DNA of 64,000 nucleotides from Alphaproteobacteria bacterium (GTDB lineage Bacteria; Pseudomonadota; Alphaproteobacteria; Bin95): NCBI GenBank assembly GCA_029978325.1, contig JAPOJR010000002.1, positions 2,717 to 66,716 of the forward strand, read 5' to 3'. Shown piece by piece: positions 27,900 to 36,084 of this stretch (position 1 is its first letter; each line of letters starts with the position of its first letter). The notes under the pieces were generated by a model. It saw only the letters and a program-made list of their open reading frames with translations, ran no database searches and was not told where the DNA came from. The position numbers and the translations under genes were made by a program.

Positions 27900-29162
27900 A
27901 TGGCTTTGCGTCGACTAGCCTCCACCCGCACTGCCGACTATTCGCCGCTTGGTTCCGCGGGACAGCGCTCGTTCGAGCTGGTCCGCCGGGAAGCGGCCGG
28001 CCTCGGGCCAGCCCACGAGGCGCTATTCGCCGAGCCATCGCCAAGCCCGAAGGGCGATGAAGTCGACTGGTACGCTAACGCGTCAGGCCCAATCCGCCCG
28101 TTATCGTCAGCATCGCCGCAGGAACAGGAGGCCGGCAAAGCCCGCCTGCAGGAACTGGTCGGCGATATTCTCGCCGCCGCCGAGCGTCTGGGGGGAAGTG
28201 CGGATCAGGCACAGCGCCGCCTGGGCGAGGCCCTGCGCAATGCCGTAGAGGTGCCGGACCCTGGCTGCGTGTACCTGGTCGGCGACCAACCGGTCATCGT
28301 CGCGTGGGCGCATCACCGCAACACCAACGCACCGGCACGGGGAGTCCTGGCGGCATTGGCGCCGCACGCCCGCACTGCAGCGACCATCGCTCCGGTTGCG
28401 TCGATCGCCGCGGCGCCGCCGGCGCCCGCGCAGGACAGCCCCGCCGCCGCGACAGTTCTGGCTTCGGTGCCCGTAGCGTCCGACGCCGGCAGCTGGGGTT
28501 GGCTATGGTGGCTGTTGTGGTTGGTGGTCGGCGCGCTGGCCCTGGTCATCTTGTGGACGCTGCTGACCGCATGCGGGACCCGCTGGCTGTTGCCGCTGGA
28601 CTATTGCCCGCGGGCCGAGGCGGTGACGGCCGCGCCCGAAGCGGACCGCCGCGATGCTTTAGAGGCGGAATTGTACCGGTTACAGCGAGAGCTAAGCCAC
28701 GCCGACCAGGCCTGCAGGCCGCAACCGCCGCCGGCCCCTCCAGAACCGCAACCGCCAGAACCGCAACCGAACGAGTTCGATTCTCGCGTTCAGAACGAAG
28801 GCGGCCAGACGAATGCCGCGCTCCGCATCACTCTGATCTGGGACACCTACAGCGACCTGGATTTGCACCTCTATTGCTCGGGCGGGCATCTTTTTTACCG
28901 GAACCGGTCGGCCTGCGGCGGTCAACTGGACGTCGATAAAAATGCGGGCCGGGATATCAGCCCAAAGCCGGTCGAGAACATCTACTTCACCGCTCCGCCC
29001 CCACCCGGGACCTACAAAGTTGTCGTCCACAACTATTCGCAAAAGGGCCGGAACCCGAACAATTTCCAGCTGCAAATCCTGAAGAACGGGGAATCCACCG
29101 TGAAGCGAGGCTCGATTTCACGGCCGAAAGACAGCCTCACCTTCAGTTTTACCATTCCTTGA
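27900..29162 (+). CDS. SrfA-position membrane protein: SrfA-like N-domain, Trp-rich TM, coiled coil, Pro linker, DUF2135-like C-terminal domain
   Basis: It starts 4 nt after the previous stop. The N-domain carries LFAEPSPSPKGDEVDWYANASGP and VYLVGDQPVIVAWAHH. The TM segment is WGWLWWLLWLVVGALALVILWTLL. The C-terminus reads LRITLIWDTYSDLDLHLYCSGGHLFYRNRSACGGQLDVDKNAG...GTYKVVVHNY. The 27684 start in the ORF track lies inside the previous gene and was rejected. Confidence 0.7.
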   Translation: MALRRLASTRTADYSPLGSAGQRSFELVRREAAGLGPAHEALFAEPSPSPKGDEVDWYANASGPIRPLSSASPQEQEAGKARLQELVGDILAAAERLGGSADQAQRRLGEALRNAVEVPDPGCVYLVGDQPVIVAWAHHRNTNAPARGVLAALAPHARTAATIAPVASIAAAPPAPAQDSPAAATVLASVPVASDAGSWGWLWWLLWLVVGALALVILWTLLTACGTRWLLPLDYCPRAEAVTAAPEADRRDALEAELYRLQRELSHADQACRPQPPPAPPEPQPPEPQPNEFDSRVQNEGGQTNAALRITLIWDTYSDLDLHLYCSGGHLFYRNRSACGGQLDVDKNAGRDISPKPVENIYFTAPPPPGTYKVVVHNYSQKGRNPNNFQLQILKNGESTVKRGSISRPKDSLTFSFTIP

Positions 29163-29183
29163 GCCACCCAGAGGTACCGCAAC

Positions 29184-32100
29184 ATGTTGCGCAATCTGAT
29201 CGAAAAATGGCCGGCAGAAATTACCCTGGTGCCGTATTCCGGTATCCAGATCCTGGATTTCGGTCTGAATATCGACGCTGGCGGCCGTGGGTCTATGGCA
29301 TTTTCCGAGCGCATGGTGGAGCAAAAGGATGAAGGCGACGTCTGGCAACTGTTTCCCCACTCGCAAGACGACGACCTGAACGCGCAGATTCCACCGCCCC
29401 GGGTCGATGGCGACGAGGACTATTCGATCTCGAAGGTAAAAGCGCTGGAGCCGTTCCTGAACCGCTGGACGCCCGCCCCTTTGCTGCGTATCCGCCCGGG
29501 CGCCGGCCCGCGCGGCCAGGAGTTGTTCGACGCCGGCCCATCGACCTGGGCACGGTTCTATGTGCTGGAGTTGGACCAGCGCGACCCGGAATCCGGCTTT
29601 ACCCACCGGCTGATCCTGGCGGTTGATACTGACCTCTCGGAAGCGCCGTCGGATGCGGGCGACGATGGACCTTACCTCGCGCCGACGGTCAAGGATTCCG
29701 CTGACGAAAGCGAATTCCGTCTGGCCACCAATGCGGACCAAATGGCCTGGTTCCTGCGCCGGGAGGTGGAGGACATCGACGGCAGCCGGTTCGACCAGCA
29801 GAAATGGGTGGATGACTGGCTGGACGACCAATACAAAACCTTCCGCCAGGCGCAACGCCCGAACCGGGAATTGCGCCCGGAGGATTTTCCGTTCCGCTTC
29901 GAACACTGGGCCCGCTATCTGGCGTGCCTCGCACTGATCGGCGAAGCCGTCCGTCCGCCGAAAATCCGCCTGCTGGATACGGTCTCGGAAGATCAGCGCT
30001 ATCAGTGCATCGAAGTCGACCTCGTGCTCGACATCGGCAACAGCCGCACTTGCGGCATCCTGGTGGAGAGCTATCCGGACGATCCGCGGGTCGACCTCAA
30101 CAATTCCTTTGCCCTGTCGATGCGCGACCTCGGCCGCCCGGAATTGTATTACCGGCGCCCGTTCGAGAGCCGCATCGAGTTCGCGCAGGTCGATTTCGGC
30201 CCGGAACACATTTCGCGGCGATCCGGCCGCAGCAATCCGGCCTTTCTCTGGCCCAGCCTCGTCCGCGTTGGGCCCGAAGCCACCCGGCTGGTGCAAGGGA
30301 CGGAAGGCACAGAAACCCTCAGCGGCCTTTCCAGCCCAAAGCGCTATCTGTGGGACACGCAGCCCGTCAACCAGGACTGGCGCTTTCAATCGATCACCGC
30401 CCGGCAAACCCTGCCGTTGATTGCGCGCTCGGCCTTCAGGTTCCTGAATGAGGCGGGCGACGTCATTTCCCAGGTGACGGTCGAGGAAGACGCCAAGCTG
30501 CGCAGCCGCAACGAGACCAGCAAGACCAGCGCCATCCGCCCGCGGTTTTCCCGCTCGTCGCTGTATTCCTTTATGCTCTCGGAATTGATCATCCACGCTC
30601 TGGTGCAGATCAACGACCCGGCCTCGCGCGCCACGCGCAAACAATCCGACCTGCCGCGCCGATTGCGCAACATCATCCTGACCCTGCCATCGGCGACACC
30701 TATGCAGGAACAGGCGATCATGCGCTCGCGCGCCGAAGCCGCCATCCGGCTGACCTGGTCGATCCTGGGATGGCGCGACGGCCAGGCCATGACCTGCAAG
30801 ATGCCCACCGTCATGGTGGAATGGGACGAGGCGAGTTGTACGCAACTGGTCTGGCTCTATGATGAAATCACTCAGAAATTCGGCGGCCAGATCGAATCCT
30901 TTTTCGCCTTGCATGGCCGCAAGCGACAGCGGCCGCCGCCGCAATTTGCGCTGGCCAATGCGACAACCGCCCCCCGACGCTCGGGACCGGAAGATTCCTT
31001 ACGCGTCGCCTGCATCGATATCGGCGGCGGCACCACCGACCTGATGGTCACCACGTATTACAGCGATGACAACCGCGCGATCCTGCCCGTGCAGAATGTG
31101 CGCGAGGGCTTTCGCATTGCCGGTGACGACCTGGTGCAAGAAGTCGTCTCCCGCGTCGTGCTGCCGCAAATTGGCGATCAGATTCAAAGCAAAGGCGGAA
31201 GCTTCATCAATGAGTTGTTCCATGAATTGTTCGGCGGCGACGTCGGCGATGTGGAAGAACAGGTGCGGCAGCGCCGGCGGCAATTTTCCATCCAGATCCT
31301 GACGCCAATCGCGCTCGCCATGCTGGAAGCGTGCGAATCCCTGTCCGCCAGCGATACCCGCACACTGCACCTGACCGACATTGTCGGCACGCTGCCGCAA
31401 CCGGATGCTGGCCCGCTTAATACGGACGACGCAACACCGCCCGAACTCGCCATTGCACCCGACATTATCGGCTACCTGCAGAAACCGGCTCGCGAACGCG
31501 GTGCTACGGATTGGGCGCTGTCCAGCGTCGCCATCGACGTGAACCCCAACACGATAGACGAGGTGGTTCGCGACGTGTTGGGCCCGGCGCTGGAGCCCAT
31601 GTTGGAGCTGATTGACCACCTCGCCGCTGACGTCGTGCTGCTGTCCGGCCGGCCGACGCGGCTGCTGCCAGTGGCCGATCTGGTACGAGAGGCCATGGTG
31701 GTGCGGCCGGACCGGATTATCGCCATGCACGACTACAGGGTGGGCGGCTGGTACCCCTATCGCGACCGTGTCACCAACAAGATTGGCGACCCCAAAACGA
31801 CGGCTGCGGTCGGCGGCATGCTGTGCCTGCTGGCTGCCAACCGGATCATGAATTTCAAGCTGGAAACCGAGCAGATCCATATGCGGTCCACAGCCCGGTA
31901 TATCGGCGAGATGGAGCGCAACGGCCAGATATTCTCGGACCGCGTGCTGATGTCCGACGTCGATTTGCAGGCGAAAGCCGGCGCGGACGATACGGCGGAG
32001 GTATTGTTGCGTTCGCCGATGCATATCGGCTTCCGGCAGCTGCCACATGACCGCTGGATCGCCAGCCCACTCTACCGCTTGGACTTCAGCAACGAGAACG

Positions 32101-32339
32101 CTCAGAAGCAGCCGACGCCGTTCCGCGTCGTGCTGCGCCGCCGGGATTATGACCAGCAGGCGGAGACCCAGGCAGAGGCTTTGCGGGCCGAAGCGCTGAA
32201 AGAAGCCTTCATCGTTGAGGAGGTGGAGGATGCAAGCGGAAAAGGATGCAGCCCCCGCGACGTCAGGCTGACCCTGCATACACTCGGGGTCGATGAGACC
32301 GACTATTGGCTCGACACCGGCATTTTCCGCATCAATTGA
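29184..32339 (+). CDS. srfB: SrfB-family protein (virulence factor SrfB homologue; actin/Hsp70-fold ATPase motifs)
   Basis: Many blocks match my recollection of enterobacterial SrfB: ILDFGL, YLAP, DLVLDIGNSRTCG, FLWPSLVRVGPEA, SSPKRYLWD, DWRF, LTLPSATP, VEWDEASCTQLVWLYDE, FGGQIESFF, LRVACIDIGGGTTD, REGFRIAGDD, DPKTTAAVGGMLC and GFRQL..RW.ASPLYRL. The protein is 1051 aa. Confidence 0.85.
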   Translation: MLRNLIEKWPAEITLVPYSGIQILDFGLNIDAGGRGSMAFSERMVEQKDEGDVWQLFPHSQDDDLNAQIPPPRVDGDEDYSISKVKALEPFLNRWTPAPLLRIRPGAGPRGQELFDAGPSTWARFYVLELDQRDPESGFTHRLILAVDTDLSEAPSDAGDDGPYLAPTVKDSADESEFRLATNADQMAWFLRREVEDIDGSRFDQQKWVDDWLDDQYKTFRQAQRPNRELRPEDFPFRFEHWARYLACLALIGEAVRPPKIRLLDTVSEDQRYQCIEVDLVLDIGNSRTCGILVESYPDDPRVDLNNSFALSMRDLGRPELYYRRPFESRIEFAQVDFGPEHISRRSGRSNPAFLWPSLVRVGPEATRLVQGTEGTETLSGLSSPKRYLWDTQPVNQDWRFQSITARQTLPLIARSAFRFLNEAGDVISQVTVEEDAKLRSRNETSKTSAIRPRFSRSSLYSFMLSELIIHALVQINDPASRATRKQSDLPRRLRNIILTLPSATPMQEQAIMRSRAEAAIRLTWSILGWRDGQAMTCKMPTVMVEWDEASCTQLVWLYDEITQKFGGQIESFFALHGRKRQRPPPQFALANATTAPRRSGPEDSLRVACIDIGGGTTDLMVTTYYSDDNRAILPVQNVREGFRIAGDDLVQEVVSRVVLPQIGDQIQSKGGSFINELFHELFGGDVGDVEEQVRQRRRQFSIQILTPIALAMLEACESLSASDTRTLHLTDIVGTLPQPDAGPLNTDDATPPELAIAPDIIGYLQKPARERGATDWALSSVAIDVNPNTIDEVVRDVLGPALEPMLELIDHLAADVVLLSGRPTRLLPVADLVREAMVVRPDRIIAMHDYRVGGWYPYRDRVTNKIGDPKTTAAVGGMLCLLAANRIMNFKLETEQIHMRSTARYIGEMERNGQIFSDRVLMSDVDLQAKAGADDTAEVLLRSPMHIGFRQLPHDRWIASPLYRLDFSNENAQKQPTPFRVVLRRRDYDQQAETQAEALRAEALKEAFIVEEVEDASGKGCSPRDVRLTLHTLGVDETDYWLDTGIFRIN

Positions 32340-32349
32340 GGGACCACCG

Positions 32350-35010
32350 ATGAGCGAGGAAATCGCTGCCCAATGCGAGAGCGTGGCCACTGCCGCCACA
32401 GAAGCGCAGGCATGGCTGGAGGATAGCGCCAATGCCGACCTGGTCGGCGCGGAACTGGCGCCCTTGCGCCGTCAGTTGCGACGCGGCGCCATGCGGGCCA
32501 GGCGGCTGGCACAGGCGGCCCGACGGCCGATGTGCGTCAGCGTATTCGGTCCCAGCCAGGCCGGGAAATCGTTCCTGGTGTCGGTGTTGGCCCGTCCGGC
32601 GAACGGCGCACTCACCTCGAACTTTCCGCACCCCAATGGCAGGCTGGACTTCATCAGCCAGATCAACCCGGAGGGCGAGGGCGAGTCGACCGGCATCGTC
32701 ACCCGCTTCACCATCCATTCCTATACCGCGCCGCCGGAATTCCCGGTCAAGCTGCGCCTGCTGAGCGAGGCGGACGTCGTCTGCATCCTGGCCAACACAT
32801 TCTTGATGGACGGCGACAAGAGCGAGGCAGAGCCTACCGGTGAGGAGCTTGATGGCCTGTTCGCAAAATTCCGGCCGAAAATGGGAGGGTCGGTTGCGCC
32901 GGGCATGGGGCCGGACGATGTCATCGCCATCCAGGAATACCTGCAGAAATTCGAACACCGCTCCACCTATATCGCCCAGATCCGGGGGTTCTGGGACGAA
33001 GCCGTCGAAATCGCGCCCTATCTCTCGATTGCCGACAGGGCCGCGTTTCTCTGCCTGGTCTGGGGGCGGCACGAACGGTTTACCCGCCTGTACGAACGCT
33101 TGGCGAAAGCGCTGGAATCGATCGGCAACCCGGTTGAGGCCTACGCCGGGTTGGACGCGCTGCAGCCGCGCGAGGACAGCATAATCGACGTAAAGCTGTT
33201 GAACGGCCTGGATGATGCAAGCGGCCCGACCCTGACGCTATCAACCGCAGCCGGCCGCAAAGCCTCGATGCCAAAGTCGGTGGCGACGGCGCTGACGGCA
33301 GAGCTGGTGCTGCCGATGGCGGACAAGCCGCACGATTTGTTCGAAGGTACCGACCTGCTGGATTTCCCTGGCGCACGCACCCGCTTTGAAAAGCCTCTGA
33401 CCCAATTCCTGGGCGAGGCGGCGGAGCCGCTGAAAGAATGCCTGCTGCGCGGCAAGGTCGCCTACCTGTTCGACCGTTACGTCGCCGAGCAGGAAATCAC
33501 CTCGATGCTGTTGTGCATTCCGGACAGCAATATGGAAGTCGCGGACCTGCCGCGCCTGATCGAGGACTGGATCGCCCACACCCATGGCGCAACGCCCGAC
33601 CTGCGGGCATCGGCGGAAAAGCTGTTGTTTTTCGTCCTGACCAAATTCGACAAGCATTTGATCGACAGCGCCGGCGCCAGCGACGACGCCGCATCCCGCT
33701 TTCAACGGCGCATCCAGGCGTCTTTGCTGGAAAAATTCGCGGCAATGACCGAAAGCTGGCCGAACAACTGGGCCGCCGGCAAGCCGTTCAACAATTGCTT
33801 CTGGCTGCGCAATCCAAACTTCCCGGCGGAATCGGTGATCGAGTACGATGCCGACAATCGCGAAATCGCCCTGCTGGAGCGCAAGAAAGACCGCCTGGAT
33901 CAGTTGAAGGCCGGATGCACCGGCGCCGAACTGGTCAAACGCCATTTTCAGGATCCTATCGCCGCCTGGGACGCGGCCATGGCGCTGAACGATGGCGGCG
34001 TCACCTATCTGATCGATCACATGACCCCGGTTTGCCGCCCGGAAATCAAGGCGGCTCAGATTTCGGCCCAGCTGCGCGACACCGCGCTTGGCCTTTCCCG
34101 CTCGATCGCGCATTTTTATATTTCCGACGACCTGTCCAAGCGCCTGGAAGAACGCCGGGCGGCGGCCCAAGGCCTGGTCAGGGAATTGCTGCAGGTGTTC
34201 GAGCACCGGCTGTTTGGCGCCATGCTGAACGCATTGACTGTCCGGCCAGACCAATTGGCGGCCATATTCCAAAGGCCGCCGGCGAACATCCGCCTGACCG
34301 CGGCGCGGTCGTCCACCGGCACGGGCGCACCCGCCGCCAGCGGACGCCCTGCAGGCGTCGTGTTACCCGGCGCCGGGATTGTGCTGCCGGGCGGCGGCCC
34401 GCCTCCAGAACCTCCCGCGGCGCCGGCCCCCGCCACGCCGGACCGGGACCGGATTCGCACGCTAAGCCGCCCGGAATGGCGCGCGGAGGTGGCGTTCGGC
34501 GCCTGGGTCGACCGGGTCAAGGGATTTGCCGAAATGGATGGGATCGAACAGCGATACGCCATCTCGGCCCAGGCCGCCAACGATCTGGCCGGTGAATTGA
34601 TCGCCGGCGCGCGCCGCCTGCACCTGCGATCACGCATCGTCGATGCCCTGGAAAAGCGGGCGTTCCTGGAACGCGGCGACGCCGGCATCATGTCGGCCGC
34701 AATCACCGCAACCGAACTGCTCAATTCCTTCGCCATGCAAGCCGGCGCCTCGCTGGTGCCGCTGGAGCAGCGACCAGACATTCCCACCGACGATCAGACG
34801 CGCAAACCCTTCGCTTCCCAGCCGCAAGTCGATAGCGCCGACGCGCTGCCGGCGACGCCGCGCCGCGCCGATGCCGAATATCTGACCAGTTGGATGCACA
34901 TGACGTACCGCCTGTTTGAAGACAACGCGATGGACGTCGACGGCGGCGCGGCCAACCCGGAACAGAACATGCGCCTGGGCGCTATCCTCCAATCTTTGGC
35001 GGCGGCCTGA
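32350..35010 (+). CDS. srfC: SrfC-family protein (putative virulence factor SrfC homologue; dynamin/septin-like P-loop GTPase)
   Basis: It lies immediately after srfB, with a GAGGGA Shine-Dalgarno sequence. The GTPase motifs are G1 GPSQAGKS (32548-32571), G3 DLLDFPG (33352-33372) and G4 TKFD (33640-33651). The protein is 887 aa with an internal Pro/Gly/Ala-rich insert. Confidence 0.75.
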   Translation: MSEEIAAQCESVATAATEAQAWLEDSANADLVGAELAPLRRQLRRGAMRARRLAQAARRPMCVSVFGPSQAGKSFLVSVLARPANGALTSNFPHPNGRLDFISQINPEGEGESTGIVTRFTIHSYTAPPEFPVKLRLLSEADVVCILANTFLMDGDKSEAEPTGEELDGLFAKFRPKMGGSVAPGMGPDDVIAIQEYLQKFEHRSTYIAQIRGFWDEAVEIAPYLSIADRAAFLCLVWGRHERFTRLYERLAKALESIGNPVEAYAGLDALQPREDSIIDVKLLNGLDDASGPTLTLSTAAGRKASMPKSVATALTAELVLPMADKPHDLFEGTDLLDFPGARTRFEKPLTQFLGEAAEPLKECLLRGKVAYLFDRYVAEQEITSMLLCIPDSNMEVADLPRLIEDWIAHTHGATPDLRASAEKLLFFVLTKFDKHLIDSAGASDDAASRFQRRIQASLLEKFAAMTESWPNNWAAGKPFNNCFWLRNPNFPAESVIEYDADNREIALLERKKDRLDQLKAGCTGAELVKRHFQDPIAAWDAAMALNDGGVTYLIDHMTPVCRPEIKAAQISAQLRDTALGLSRSIAHFYISDDLSKRLEERRAAAQGLVRELLQVFEHRLFGAMLNALTVRPDQLAAIFQRPPANIRLTAARSSTGTGAPAASGRPAGVVLPGAGIVLPGGGPPPEPPAAPAPATPDRDRIRTLSRPEWRAEVAFGAWVDRVKGFAEMDGIEQRYAISAQAANDLAGELIAGARRLHLRSRIVDALEKRAFLERGDAGIMSAAITATELLNSFAMQAGASLVPLEQRPDIPTDDQTRKPFASQPQVDSADALPATPRRADAEYLTSWMHMTYRLFEDNAMDVDGGAANPEQNMRLGAILQSLAAA

Positions 35011-35033
35011 CGGAATATTCTGGGGGAATATGC

Positions 35034-36059
35034 ATGAGCCTTGCAGTTTTTCGTGATCCGGCCAAACGAATGGGGGGATCGGCGCTGATCACCCTGCCGG
35101 ACGGGCCCGGCGAAACCGTTCAGATCGTGGTGACGATGGACGGCGGCGCTGCCACATTGGGTCCACATGGCTGGCAGGGCAGCGACCATGCCTTTGGACC
35201 CTACCCGGTCGAAAAGGGGCCTCGGGGCCAGTTTGTCAGGGTCGGCCCTGAGATCGTCGACCAGTTGGAAGCGTTCGACCCCATCGAGATCGCCGTGCCC
35301 GACCGATCTGCCAAAGTGGCCCTTCCCTGGCCTTCCGACATTCTGCCGTCGCCAGACCGCGCGACGGGCGGCGGCGTGCAGGTCGTTGGCGCGAAGCCAT
35401 CGAACGACCAATCCGCCAAACCACGGCCCGCTCCCGAGCCGCCGCCGCAAGAAGCCGCTGCATCACCAGCCCCAGAGACGACGGTCGCCCCTGCTGCCAA
35501 GCCAGAGCCTGAAGCCAAAGCAGAGGTCAAAACGGAAGGCAAACCTGTCGTCAAACCGGAGCCCACGGAGAAACCCAAGCCGCCGTGGAGCAAGCTGATT
35601 GTCCCAGTTGCTCTGGTTCTGGCGGTAATCGTCGGCGCGGTCCTGTTCTTCACCCAGAAAGACAGTGATCCGCCCCCACCTGCACCGACAGCCGAATGTA
35701 CGCGGGACCGGTTGCAAACGGTTTTGCGGGATCCCGCAGCGACCGCCGCAACGTTGCAGCCGCTGCTCGGCGCCTGCCAAAGCGCAGGCAACCATGATTT
35801 GGAAGTGACGGTGCTGGAGCGGTTGATCCGGCTTGGCGACGCCGCGGCGCTGCTACGCTTAGCCGAGTGGTACGACCCAAGCAGAACTTCAGGCTCCTCG
35901 CCGTTTGCTGCCGATCCGCAAGTCGCCGCTGGATACTACAAACGCGCCGCCGAAGCAGGCGCGAGCAATGCGGCTGCCGGGCTAAGCAGATTATGCACGA
36001 CCCTGCGCGGCCGTCCCGATCAACCGGCCAAGCTGATTGTCGAAATTTACTGCCAGTAA
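35034..36059 (+). CDS. Single-pass membrane protein with Pro/Lys/Glu-rich linker and C-terminal Sel1/TPR-like repeats
   Basis: The TM segment is LIVPVALVLAVIVGAVLFF. The C-terminus ...LAEWYDPSRTSGSSPFAADPQVAAGYYKRAAEAGASNAAAGLSRLC resembles Sel1 repeats. A GGGGGAA Shine-Dalgarno sequence precedes the start. Confidence 0.6.
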   Translation: MSLAVFRDPAKRMGGSALITLPDGPGETVQIVVTMDGGAATLGPHGWQGSDHAFGPYPVEKGPRGQFVRVGPEIVDQLEAFDPIEIAVPDRSAKVALPWPSDILPSPDRATGGGVQVVGAKPSNDQSAKPRPAPEPPPQEAAASPAPETTVAPAAKPEPEAKAEVKTEGKPVVKPEPTEKPKPPWSKLIVPVALVLAVIVGAVLFFTQKDSDPPPPAPTAECTRDRLQTVLRDPAATAATLQPLLGACQSAGNHDLEVTVLERLIRLGDAAALLRLAEWYDPSRTSGSSPFAADPQVAAGYYKRAAEAGASNAAAGLSRLCTTLRGRPDQPAKLIVEIYCQ

Positions 36060-36084
36060 CTCCGCGTCAAAGGGGAATACGTCC

